From Candidatus Sungbacteria bacterium RIFCSPLOWO2_01_FULL_47_32 (GTDB taxonomy: Bacteria; Patescibacteriota; Minisyncoccia; Sungbacterales; GWA2-42-14), in the NCBI GenBank assembly GCA_001820685.1, contig MHQP01000022.1:1-52275 (forward strand): DNA of 52,275 nucleotides, given 5' to 3'. This document shows positions 22,740-32,400 of the stretch, piece after piece (positions within the stretch are counted from its first letter, which is position 1; every line of letters begins with the position of its first letter). A program made the translations under genes and the position numbers. The notes beneath the pieces were generated by a model that saw only the letters and a list, made by a program, of their open reading frames with translations, had not been told where the DNA came from and made no database searches.

Positions 22740-23564
22740 TTAGCTAGGCTTTTCACACACAAATATCATAGTACTAGGAATCATTTTTGCTTTATAAATT
22801 GAATAATAGCGTTTTCGGTCCTTGCTCTGTCTTGTTGCCTTTCTCGGCTCTGGTTCTAAATAGCCGATAACCCGAAAACCGGCTTCTGTAAGTAGTTTGA
22901 ACCACGTAGCGGTTTTTCGATATGTGATATAGGCTCCCTTACTACCGCGCCACCCATTAATAAATACTTCCCTTTCCTTGTGATAGGAATATTTTATGGC
23001 GAATTTGCCTTTTTGGTATTCAACATCGGTAAAAAATGTATGGTCCCAGCTCCATACAAATCTTCCACCGGGACTAAGGTACCCGAAGATATTTTTTAAT
23101 AATTTTTTAGGACTCACTGTCCATCCGATGCCATAGATAGAAAAAACCGTATCAATTGATCTGATATTAAGTTTTTGTTCCATCGGTATTTCGTAGAGCT
23201 TAACTTTTCCCTTTTGTATTGCATTTCGGTTAAGTTGCGTTGCGGACTCTATCTGTGCATGAGTCATATCAACTCCATGGACTCTTTTGGCTCCATGTTT
23301 TACCAAATAGCCTATGGAGTGCCCACTGCCGCAGGCAATCTCTACAAAAGTTTTATTTTTAACACTTCCTATTAGAGCTTCATTAATATCTTCACCGATA
23401 CCGAACGGACCCCACTCTGGCATGGCATTTACACCATAAAAATTTGAGGCCGCGATTTCCCATGCCTGTTTGTTGGTTTGTAATGCTCCTTGCCTTGAGA
23501 TTTTTTTATTTTTTCTAAGACTCAATGAACTAAAATCTTTTTTTGTTTTCTTCATCTTTACCAT
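22740..23564 (-). CDS. Class I SAM-dependent methyltransferase
   Basis: Motif I VEIACGSGHS and a Rossmann-fold pattern; 274 aa. Confidence 0.75.
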   Translation of the reverse strand: MVKMKKTKKDFSSLSLRKNKKISRQGALQTNKQAWEIAASNFYGVNAMPEWGPFGIGEDINEALIGSVKNKTFVEIACGSGHSIGYLVKHGAKRVHGVDMTHAQIESATQLNRNAIQKGKVKLYEIPMEQKLNIRSIDTVFSIYGIGWTVSPKKLLKNIFGYLSPGGRFVWSWDHTFFTDVEYQKGKFAIKYSYHKEREVFINGWRGSKGAYITYRKTATWFKLLTEAGFRVIGYLEPEPRKATRQSKDRKRYYSIYKAKMIPSTMIFVCEKPS

Positions 23565-23613
23565 TTATGTATAATATTGCGGATTTTTGATTCAAACGAC
23601 TGTCACAGTAGTA

Positions 23614-24597
23614 TTATTGCCCCGCAAGCATGGCATTGATGACATTTCGCGTCTGGGGTCCGATGGCGCCGTATTTGTATTCAAGCCCATGGTTTTTCTG
23701 GAACGCAACGACGGCGTCCCACGTAGTGTCTCCGAAATATCCGGTTACGTTGTCTGCGTTAAGAAGGCCTTGTGAGACCAAAAAGTTCTGCAAGATGAGC
23801 ACTTCGGGGTCTTTGCTTGTATATCTCAAATACTTAGTTATCTTCTCTCCCTTGCCGGAACTTGGCGGAGCGGCTGAAGAAGCCGACGGAGAGACAGAAA
23901 CGCTTGCGCCGGCAACGGTTCCCGGCGTTCCATTCAGGAGAGAATTCAAAACGGCGCGCGTCTTAGGACCAACAGTGCCCGTATCAAGAAGGTCGTGAGC
24001 AAGCTGGAATTTTTTTACGGCGGCCCACGTTATCCACCCGTAATATCCAGTCGCGTTGTCGGAAGAAAGAAGTCCTTGCGTAACCAAAAACTGCTGAAGC
24101 CTTAAAACTTCAGGGCCTTCTTTTGCAAGCTTAAGATAAGACGTTATTTCGTGGACGTTTGAAGCATCAACCGGCTTTGCGGACACAGTCGCCGCTTTGG
24201 GAGCCGGAAGGGGTGTAGGAATAGGGGGAGATGGCGGAGGCAACAGAACAAGCTTCGGCTTCGGAGTACCGATAGATTCGTTAACAACCGTTGCGGCAAG
24301 GATAATCTTATTTACCGCGTCAAACATACCGTCAACGGTAAGTAGCTGCCCCTTTTCAATTCCATTCATCGTAAGCTCGCGATCGTCAGCACCAAGAATT
24401 TTTGTTGATGTATCAAGAAAGAGGCTCCACTTTGTTCCCCACACCTCAACAAGGATAAAATTGTTGTTCGTACTCACAACATTCGCGGAGTCCATGTGGA
24501 AATTTCCGCTTTTGTCGATATGCAATTCAGAGGCGAGAGCCGGAACAGCCAAAAAAGCAATGAGCAATAAATAACTTATAAAAAGCTTATTTTTCAT
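23614..24597 (-). CDS. Secreted protein with a signal peptide, an N-terminal beta-rich domain, a Pro-rich linker and two peptidoglycan-binding (PG_binding_1) domains
   Basis: Signal peptide MKNKLFISYLLLIAFLAVPALA. Two repeats of EVLxLQxFLVxQGLLxxDNxTGYxG..TWxAVxxFQ...GPxTR. Confidence 0.75.
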   Translation of the reverse strand: MKNKLFISYLLLIAFLAVPALASELHIDKSGNFHMDSANVVSTNNNFILVEVWGTKWSLFLDTSTKILGADDRELTMNGIEKGQLLTVDGMFDAVNKIILAATVVNESIGTPKPKLVLLPPPSPPIPTPLPAPKAATVSAKPVDASNVHEITSYLKLAKEGPEVLRLQQFLVTQGLLSSDNATGYYGWITWAAVKKFQLAHDLLDTGTVGPKTRAVLNSLLNGTPGTVAGASVSVSPSASSAAPPSSGKGEKITKYLRYTSKDPEVLILQNFLVSQGLLNADNVTGYFGDTTWDAVVAFQKNHGLEYKYGAIGPQTRNVINAMLAGQ

Positions 24598-24663
24598 GGT
24601 TTTATAAACAAATTCCGATTAGTATTATTGTACCCGTTTCGAAGATTTCCTTCAAGAAAGAAA

Positions 24664-24690
24664 AAACCCCGAAAAAAGGGGTTACGTAAG
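24664..24690 (-). terminator. Rho-independent terminator (CCCC-gaaaaaa-GGGG flanked by A and T runs), immediately after the stop of the 115-aa ORF
   Basis: The stem abuts the TAA at 24682..24684. On the minus strand it is followed by UUUUUU. Confidence 0.5.
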
Positions 24691-25029
24691 AACGCTTTTG
24701 AAGGCGCCACTTCTCCGCAGGGTTTCCATAAGCGAAGGTTTCTCAAACGACCACGGCAGGAGGCGGTATCTCCAAAGAACTTCGGGCTGCCGTTTAAGCA
24801 TGCACCAGGAATAATATTCCCATTCGCGATAGCGAATGAATGCCGAGGCTGCATACTCCTGGCCCATTGCGAAGAGACGCCCCTTATAGTTTCCATTCCT
24901 ATGATACTCTTCCCAGCCGATATAAAACCGGGCTCTAAACCACGGCCTCATGATAAAAACATGGCCGGCAACAAACAATGAGCAAAGCTGATTTCTTGCA
25001 GAATAGTACAGCTTTCGCGCGCGTTTCAT
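24682..25029 (-). CDS. Hypothetical Trp/Tyr/Arg-rich protein (115 aa)
   Basis: An intact ORF with its own terminator. I recognise no family. Confidence 0.4.
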   Translation of the reverse strand: MKRARKLYYSARNQLCSLFVAGHVFIMRPWFRARFYIGWEEYHRNGNYKGRLFAMGQEYAASAFIRYREWEYYSWCMLKRQPEVLWRYRLLPWSFEKPSLMETLRRSGAFKSVLT

Positions 25030-25168
25030 TTCTTAGCGCCTCAACAAAGAACTTTAATGATTAAAGAGTACCATATTTATTTATTAGTGTCAATAGGTTA
25101 AGCCCGGCTGATAAGCCGGGGCTTTAATGCTAAAATTATAAAAATTCTGCCTTATTTTTGTGCTAATT

Positions 25169-25915
25169 CTACCACCCTTTAGCCTGAAGTCCTTTCCGGG
25201 CTGCTGCTTCCTGGGCTGATTGCTTTGAAGCGCCTTCCCCTTCGCTCACGAGCTCTCCTCCAAGATATACTCCGATGGAGAAATGCTTGTCGTGGTCAGG
25301 CCCCCATTCTTTCATAACCTTGTATGTAGGCGTTATCCCGACACGCTCCTGCGCCTCTTCCTGGAAAAGGCTTTTGGGGTCCTTATAAAGCTTTTCCGAG
25401 AGAACTTTATCAAGATGGATGAATACGTTATTTAAAACAAAATCTCTCGATTTTTCATATCCAAGATCAAGATATATTGCGCCAATGAACGCTTCAAGTG
25501 TGTTTGCAAGAATATATTGGCGGGCTCTTCCCATATCTTTTGCTTCCCCTCTCGAAAGAAGCAGAAAATCGTTGAGGCTGAGAATAACGGCGATTTCCGA
25601 AAGCATTTTTGAATTAACGAGGGCAGCCCGAAGGCTGGTCAGTTCCCCTTCCGGTTTCTCCGGGAATTTCGCAAAAAGAGCTTCTGTAACAATGAGTTCA
25701 AGCACCGCATCCCCCAAAAATTCGAGCCGCTCGTTGTGGGACATGCCGAGATTGGGATTTTCGTTCAAATAAGACCTATGCACAAAAGCCTGGCGAAGGA
25801 GCTCAGGATTATTGAATGTGAGACCGAGTTTTTCTTCTAGATGAGAAAGACTGCCGTTCACGTTCGTGATGCGGCTTATACGAATGGATGCGAACGTCCG
25901 TCGTTCGTCACACAT
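25169..25915 (-). CDS. rnc: Ribonuclease III
   Basis: RNase III signature ERLEFLGDAVLELIV and a C-terminal dsRBD. Confidence 0.9.
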   Translation of the reverse strand: MCDERRTFASIRISRITNVNGSLSHLEEKLGLTFNNPELLRQAFVHRSYLNENPNLGMSHNERLEFLGDAVLELIVTEALFAKFPEKPEGELTSLRAALVNSKMLSEIAVILSLNDFLLLSRGEAKDMGRARQYILANTLEAFIGAIYLDLGYEKSRDFVLNNVFIHLDKVLSEKLYKDPKSLFQEEAQERVGITPTYKVMKEWGPDHDKHFSIGVYLGGELVSEGEGASKQSAQEAAARKGLQAKGW

Positions 25916-25938
25916 TCCATTCGTATACCTGCATCGGC

Positions 25939-26526
25939 TTATACTTCCGCCCTATCTTGGGCATCGGCTGTTTTTTCCGCCTTCTTTTTCTTCTTACCTT
26001 TTTTGGGCTTGCTTTCGCCTTCCTTTGCCGCTTTTGCTTCCTCTTTTTCGCGTTCCTCCTCTTTTTTCTTCGCAAGCTCCGCCCGCGTCGGATAATCCTT
26101 GCCCGGCTCTCCAATTTCACGATACACCGTCCCTAAGACACCATTCACAAATTTTCCGGAGGTCTCTCCCCCGAAGTTTTTGGCTATCTCGATTGCTTCA
26201 TTGATAGCGACTTTTGGTGGAACTTCTTCGTAATTCCCGAATAAAAGCTCATACAAGCCAAGCCGCAAAATATTCCTGTCAACCATTGCTATCTGGTTGA
26301 TAGGCCATTCAGGAGCGGCTTTTTCAATAATGGCGTCAAGTTTCGGCAGATTTTCCAAAACTCCGCCGACTAGACGTTTGATGAATTCCGTTTCCTCAAG
26401 CCCCGGACCGAATTCGGCAATGTTCTTTTCCACGATTTGCCCGGCCATTGAATCGTTCTTTTCGTTAAAATCCCACTCGTAGAGGGTTTGCATTGCAATT
26501 GAGCGCGCAAGATGACGTGATGCCAC
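25939..26526 (-). CDS. nusB: Transcription antitermination factor NusB with a Lys/Glu-rich C-terminal tail
   Basis: N-terminal RHLARSIAMQTLYEWDF and the NusB fold pattern, followed by a KKKEEEREKEEAKAAK...KKGKKKKK tail. Confidence 0.85.
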   Translation of the reverse strand: MASRHLARSIAMQTLYEWDFNEKNDSMAGQIVEKNIAEFGPGLEETEFIKRLVGGVLENLPKLDAIIEKAAPEWPINQIAMVDRNILRLGLYELLFGNYEEVPPKVAINEAIEIAKNFGGETSGKFVNGVLGTVYREIGEPGKDYPTRAELAKKKEEEREKEEAKAAKEGESKPKKGKKKKKAEKTADAQDRAEV

Positions 26527-26602
26527 AAATTTTTAAGTTTCTTGGGGTTTTAAGGCTTACACGCGCCCGGCGAGTGTATCTCTGCCCCGTAACTTATACC
26601 AA

Positions 26603-26743
26603 TGAACCCCGTTAGAGGCATAGCCCAAAATGATGCCGAGATATCCTTCTGCTAACGGCTCCTTTTTTTTATTTAGTAATACCGATAATACCGCTAGGAT
26701 TGATATAAAAACTTTAATGTCAGCGGCCTCTAACGGGGTGAAC
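26603..26743. mobile_element. MITE-like element A. TIRs are CCCCGTTAGAGGC and GCCTCTAACGGGG (13 bp, perfect) at 26607..26619 and 26726..26738, flanked by TGAA(C).
   Basis: A perfect 13-bp inverted repeat 106 bp apart with short flanking direct repeats. It is intergenic between rpmF and nusB and contains an internal T9 run. Confidence 0.45.
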
Positions 26744-27015
26744 TATCGACGGGATAACTCCTCCGCATTAAGAGTAGCTCCGGACTCTGCAACTTCCTCT
26801 TCATGCTGATGAAGTTCTTTTTCTTTCTTTTTGCGTTCCTTTTTGTCGAGTTTTGCTAAAACGTCGATAACCTCCCGTCCTCCATAATATCCGCAGTTCG
26901 AGCAAACAACATGCGGAAGGATCTCCGCGTTACAATGCCCGCATCGGACGAATTTGCCGGCCAAAAGCGCGTGGTGTGACCGCACGCGGTTTCGCTTGCT
27001 TTTTGTATGTCGCAT
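26743..27015 (-). CDS. rpmF: 50S ribosomal protein L32 with a C-terminal acidic/basic extension
   Basis: MRHTKSKRNRVRSHHALLAGK...CGHCNAEILPHVVCSNCGYYGGREV is an L32 zinc-ribbon pattern. I chose the ATG at 27015. Confidence 0.8.
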   Translation of the reverse strand: MRHTKSKRNRVRSHHALLAGKFVRCGHCNAEILPHVVCSNCGYYGGREVIDVLAKLDKKERKKKEKELHQHEEEVAESGATLNAEELSRR

Positions 27016-27106
27016 TCTAACTACCATATGGGGTACTGTAACAGAATGGCCGAACTTTTACAAGGCCTCTGTGTTTTGAATACTATGCCTATGTCCCAGC
27101 CACTCA

Positions 27107-27754
27107 TCAGGAAATCTGGAATGACCTTCTATGCACCTGTGACCGCCCAAATCTTTTTATAAGCTTCCGGTGAAGTTTTGTTCCGTATCCTTTATGAAGA
27201 TCGAACCGATACCTAGGATATTTTTTGTGAAGCTTACGCATAATGCGGTCCCGCGTAACCTTTGCAATAATTGAAGCCGCAGAAATAAGGGGGATCTTTT
27301 CATCTCCTTTTATAATGGCTTGAAAAGGCGCTGGCTTAGGCAACGAAAGACCGCCGTCAAGAAGTGCTGGAACCGATGCCGAGAAAGAAAGTTTTTTATA
27401 AACGTCATGCACTCCGCGGTTTGTCGCTTGAAGAATATTTATCCTGTCAATAACGTCGTGGTCAACGACGGCAACTGCCCATTGGATGGCAGGATTTTTT
27501 GTTATCTTCCTATACCACTCTTCCCGCTTTTTCTCCGAAATTTTCTTCGAATCCCTGATTCCGTTAAAAAAACTGTCAAATTCAAGAGCGGAAAAAGCTC
27601 GATGCGCGCTTACGGCTCCGCCTGCATTTTGGACGCATATTCCGGCAACAACTACAGGGCCGGCAAGTGGACCCCTGCCAGCTTCGTCAATTCCAATAAC
27701 ATACCATTGCCGGCTTTTTTTACGACTCACTATTGTCTTTTGTCCTTTTTCCAT
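27107..27754 (-). CDS. rnhB: Ribonuclease HII
   Basis: GIDEAGRGPLAGPVVVAG and RNase HII conserved Asp/Glu residues. I chose the internal ATG at 27754, which has AGAGG upstream, to leave room for the divergent promoter. Confidence 0.85.
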   Translation of the reverse strand: MEKGQKTIVSRKKSRQWYVIGIDEAGRGPLAGPVVVAGICVQNAGGAVSAHRAFSALEFDSFFNGIRDSKKISEKKREEWYRKITKNPAIQWAVAVVDHDVIDRINILQATNRGVHDVYKKLSFSASVPALLDGGLSLPKPAPFQAIIKGDEKIPLISAASIIAKVTRDRIMRKLHKKYPRYRFDLHKGYGTKLHRKLIKRFGRSQVHRRSFQIS

Positions 27755-27831
27755 AGCCTCTTGAACTATCTCAACACTATAGTAGTATACGGTCAGCATC
27801 CTTGATAAGCAAAAAGGGGGTTGTCGCGAAC

Positions 27832-29214
27832 ATGCAACGCCTTGTGGGAATTTTCTTTGCTGTCGTTTTCATGTTCATCGGTACGACAACTCCTGCGTTT
27901 TCTGCGCCTCTCGATGACGCCTCCACAACCATCAGAAAAGAAAGGGATTTTTACAATGCCCTTTACGAAAAAGACAAGCAAGCGATTGTCGTTGTTCAAG
28001 TGCTTATTGCCTCATCTCCAAGTTCGCCTCCGGACAAGGAGGACAGCAATGGGGGTAGAGGCACTGAGTCAAAAAGCTTTTCTCTTTTGAAAAACGCGCG
28101 ATATGATTATACCGTTGAGGTACCTGGGTTCAATCTTGTTCAATCCTATCACATGGGAACAGGGTTTTTCATCAGTGAGGAAGGCGAGCTTCTTACGAAC
28201 TACCATGTTATCGATGGATATCAGGAAATCTACGGGATTCTTGCCGACGGCTCAACATATATCCTTGACGTTATCGGATACGACAAAGCAGCGGATATCG
28301 CACTCCTGAAGGTAAGAACGGCAAAAATAACTAAATTCCCGTTTCTTGCTCTTGGAAATTCTGACCTTCCAGTCGAAGCCGACCCTATTATGGTCATCGG
28401 CCATCCATTCAATCTTCGATGGACGCTGTCCCTCGGAACCGTGAGCAAAACGAAACGTTCAAGCCCATATCCTATTCCAGTAATTCAGATCCAGTCTTCA
28501 ATCAATCCGGGGAATTCAGGGAGTCCTGTATTCGCCGCTGACAATACCGTTATTGGCATCGCCCAAAGCATTATCGAAAGCGACATTGGATTCGTCATTC
28601 CTATTAACGTCGTAAAGTCAAAACTTTCCGCGCTTAGGCAAAGAAGCCAGGCGTTGAAGCCGGATATAGATGATAAAAAACCGTTCACGTTTGAGGTTAT
28701 TGTTGACCAGAGAATTCTCTCAAGAAACGGGGGCCTGACGAAGGAAGAAATGGTTTTATACATATCCCGGCTTGTTTCCCACTCTTCGTCAATTTTTCTG
28801 ACACAAGTTGGAAGGCCTCTTTCGGTAATTAAGGTCACATTTCCGGAGAGTCCGCCCTTTTTCCTTGCCTCAAAAGTTCAGAACCTTAAAACTGCTGCTG
28901 CTCTCGCCTGGCTAAAAACATTGCGGAGGTCGACAGATAGAATAGTTCTTCTTGTCGATGGGACGATTATCGACCCTGAAGGCGTAGCTCGCGGAGGATA
29001 TGCGGATGCTCCGTTCATCCTTATGACCTATTATTCTGACCAAACTTTAACGAAAAGGATTCTTCTTCATGAGATCGGCCACACCTGTGGAGCGGGACAT
29101 CTTCTCAACCCCACGGAGTTTCCGGAAAATAATCGCTTAATGGCGGCCGATCTTGGCAACGGGTTCATGTATGACCCAAAAAACCTTGAAACAATAAAGA
29201 ATAACTGCGGATAG
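27832..29214 (+). CDS. Secreted two-protease fusion: an N-terminal trypsin-like (S1, HtrA/Do-like, no PDZ) serine protease domain and a C-terminal domain with the metzincin motif HEIGHTCGAGH
   Basis: Signal peptide MQRLVGIFFAVVFMFIGTTTPAFSAP. Catalytic triad context GTGFFI..TNYHV, DIALLKV and NPGNSGSPVF. The C-terminus has HExxHxxGxxH followed by LMAADLG, a possible Met-turn. An RBS AAAGGGGG lies 9 nt upstream of the ATG at 27832. Confidence 0.7.
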   Translation: MQRLVGIFFAVVFMFIGTTTPAFSAPLDDASTTIRKERDFYNALYEKDKQAIVVVQVLIASSPSSPPDKEDSNGGRGTESKSFSLLKNARYDYTVEVPGFNLVQSYHMGTGFFISEEGELLTNYHVIDGYQEIYGILADGSTYILDVIGYDKAADIALLKVRTAKITKFPFLALGNSDLPVEADPIMVIGHPFNLRWTLSLGTVSKTKRSSPYPIPVIQIQSSINPGNSGSPVFAADNTVIGIAQSIIESDIGFVIPINVVKSKLSALRQRSQALKPDIDDKKPFTFEVIVDQRILSRNGGLTKEEMVLYISRLVSHSSSIFLTQVGRPLSVIKVTFPESPPFFLASKVQNLKTAAALAWLKTLRRSTDRIVLLVDGTIIDPEGVARGGYADAPFILMTYYSDQTLTKRILLHEIGHTCGAGHLLNPTEFPENNRLMAADLGNGFMYDPKNLETIKNNCG

Positions 29215-29238
29215 CCCCATTAAGGGGCTTTTTGTTTT
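29213..29238 (+). terminator. Rho-independent terminator (AGCCCC-attaa-GGGGCT plus T-run)
   Basis: A 6-bp stem overlapping the stop codon, followed by TTTTTGTTTT. Confidence 0.6.
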
Positions 29239-29430
29239 ATGCATGCGTCATGTGCTAAATGCCACGCGCTCATCCATGGACAAACGCTTCCTTCTATGCT
29301 CAAAATGTACATTTATTCACATTGCGGAGAGGACAGGAAAAAGTATACGATACTAATATGAACAACCGCTAACAGTCAGGTTCCGCACTATCCGAATGGC
29401 GGATTTTTTATCAAGAGCCCTAAAGCAAAA

Positions 29431-32400
29431 ATGAAGTTCACTCATCTTCACGTACACAGCCACTACTCCCTTCTCGACGGTCTTGCAAAGATCGAGGATT
29501 TGGTAACACGCGCCAAAGAGCTTGGAATGGACTCGCTTGCCTTAACCGACCACGGAAACCTGTATGGGGTGATAGAATTCTATAAAAAGGCGAAAGCGGC
29601 CGGCATTAAGCCTATCATCGGCTGTGAAATGTATATCGCCTACGAAGATATGCACCAGAGACGCCCGAATATCGACGACAAACGCTATCATCTTACCGTA
29701 CTTGCGTATAACAACCAAGGATACCACAACCTCGTAAAACTCGTAACCAAAGCGCACCTTGAGGGCTACTACTACAAACCCCGCATAGACAAAAAAACCC
29801 TCAAAGAATACTCGGAGGGGCTTATTGCTCTCGCGGGATGCTTTAGCGGCGAGGTTGCACATGCGGTAAAAAATAAAAAAAATGATATTGCCGAACGCCT
29901 GATTGCTGAATATCAGGATGTTTTCGGACGCGAAAATTTTTATCTTGAGATACAGCCTCATTTCAATTTTCCGGACCAGATGGAGATAAACGCTCGCATG
30001 GCGGAACTTTCAAAAAAAACTGGCGCAAAACTTATCGCAACAAACGACATTCACTATGTTTCGCCGGACGACTCGGAGGCGCAGGACATTCTGGTTTCAG
30101 TGCAAACCGGAACGAAAATAGACGACGAAAACCGCCTCACGATGAAAAACGCAAATCTTTCAATGCGCTCTCCCGAGGAAATGCTCGCTCTTTTCCCGGA
30201 TACCCCCGAGGCGATCAGCAATACCCAGGAAATTGCTGATAAAGTGAATATCAACATCCCACTCGGCTCGTGGGTATTTCCGGATATAAAAATTCCGAAA
30301 GGCACGACGTTTGATAGCGAACTTGAACGGCTCACATATGAAGGTATTGCAAAACGTGGACTTGAGAAAACTCCGGAGATTGAAAGCCGCATTCAATATG
30401 AGCTCGACATTATCAAAGACAAAGGATTCGCTCCGTATTTTCTCACCGTTGCCGACCTTCTGGCTTTCTCCCACAATCAAGGAATTTTAACGAACGTTCG
30501 GGGCTCGGTTGCAGGTTCTCTCGTTACATATCTTATTCGTATCACGAACATAAATCCTATTCTGTTTAAATTGCCGTTCGAGCGATTTTTGAATCCGGAG
30601 CGCCCTTCCGCCCCCGATATCGATATGGACTTTGCCGATAATCGCCGCGACGAAGTCATTCAATATGCAAAAGATACATACGGAGAAGATAAGGTAGCGC
30701 AGATCGGAACGTTCGGGACCATGATGGCGCGTGCCGCTGTGCGCGATGTGGCGCGCGCGCTTGGGTATCCGTACGGCGTCGGAGACCGCATCGCAAAACT
30801 CATCCCCTTCGGCTCGCAGGGATTTCCCATGACGATAGCGGAAGCTCTCAAAATTACGCCCGAATTGAAGGAATTATACGACCGTGACACGGATACACAT
30901 ACCATAATCGACCGCGCCCAAAAGCTTGAAGGGTGCGTTCGGCATATTTCCATCCACGCAGCAGGCGTTGTTATCGCCCCGAAGCCTCTTTCGGAATATG
31001 TTCCCCTTCAGCTTGATCCGAAGGGAGACAAAAAAATCATTACTCAGTATGACATGTATTCCGTCGAAGATATCGGTCTTTTAAAGTTCGATTTTCTCGG
31101 TATCAGGAACCTTGCTATTTTGGAAGACGCGGTGCGCCTTGTAAAATATTTCCGCAAAATAGAAGTGGATATCGAAAAGATACCAATGGATGACAAAAAG
31201 ACATTTGAATTGCTTACGAGAGGAGAAACAATAGGCCTTTTCCAACTAAATGGCTCCGGCATGACGCATTACTTAAAAGAGCTGAAACCAACAACCATCC
31301 ACGATATCAATGCCATGGTTGCCCTCTACCGCCCGGGACCAATAGAATCCATTCCTACATATATAGAACGAAAACATAACCCGCGCTTGGTGCAATTCTT
31401 TGACCCGCGAATGAAGGATATTCTTTCAGAGTCATACGGCGTCGTCACCTACCAAGACGATGTCATGCTCATTGCGATTCGCCTCGCGGGATATTCATGG
31501 CTTGAAGCCGACAAACTGAGAAAAGCGATGGGTAAGAAAATTCCTGCCGAAATGGCCGCTCAGAAACAAAAATTGATCGACGGATTTATGAAAAACGGCA
31601 TGGGTCCTCAAAAGGCGGAAGGACTCTGGAGACTGATAGAGCCGTTCGCCGCGTACGGATTCAACAAGGCGCACGCCGCAAGTTATGGAATGGTCGCATA
31701 TCAAACAGCATATATGAAGGCAAACTACCCGGGAGAATATATGACCGCCGTTTTGACAGCCGACTCGGGAGATACGGAAAAGATCGCCGAGATAATTGCC
31801 GAATGCATGCGCATGGGAATTCCCGTTCTCCCGCCGGATATAAATGAAAGCTTTGCGAAGTTTACACTCATCCGGGAAGATGATCCGGGAAACGATAAGA
31901 TACGTTTCGGTCTTGAAACGGTAAAGAATGTCGGCGTTCCCATTGTTGAAGCCATCATTGTTTCGCGCAAAAAAAATGGGAAAAAGTTTTCATCGCTTAC
32001 CGATTTTGTTGAACGAGTCCAGCATAAAGACTTGAATAAAAAATCGCTTGAATCACTCATCAAGTGCGGGGCGTTGGATGAATTCGGGGAACGAGGCTTG
32101 CTTCTCGGCAATATTGATACAATTCTTGAATATGCCCGTGAAAATCAAAAGAATGTTTCACAAGGGCAAACGAGCCTTTTCAGCCTCTCGCCGGAAATAA
32201 ATGTTTCTTCCATTAAAATGAAACCGAAGCCGGCCGCAACCAAAAAAGAGAGGCTTGCATGGGAAAAAGAACTTCTGGGACTTTATGTTTCGGAGCACCC
32301 GCTTGAAGAATACAAGGAAAAACTGCAAAATAAGGTTATTCCCATGGTTGACCTTAAAAATCAGCCAAAAAACAGGCTTCTTTCTGTCGGAGGACTCGTA

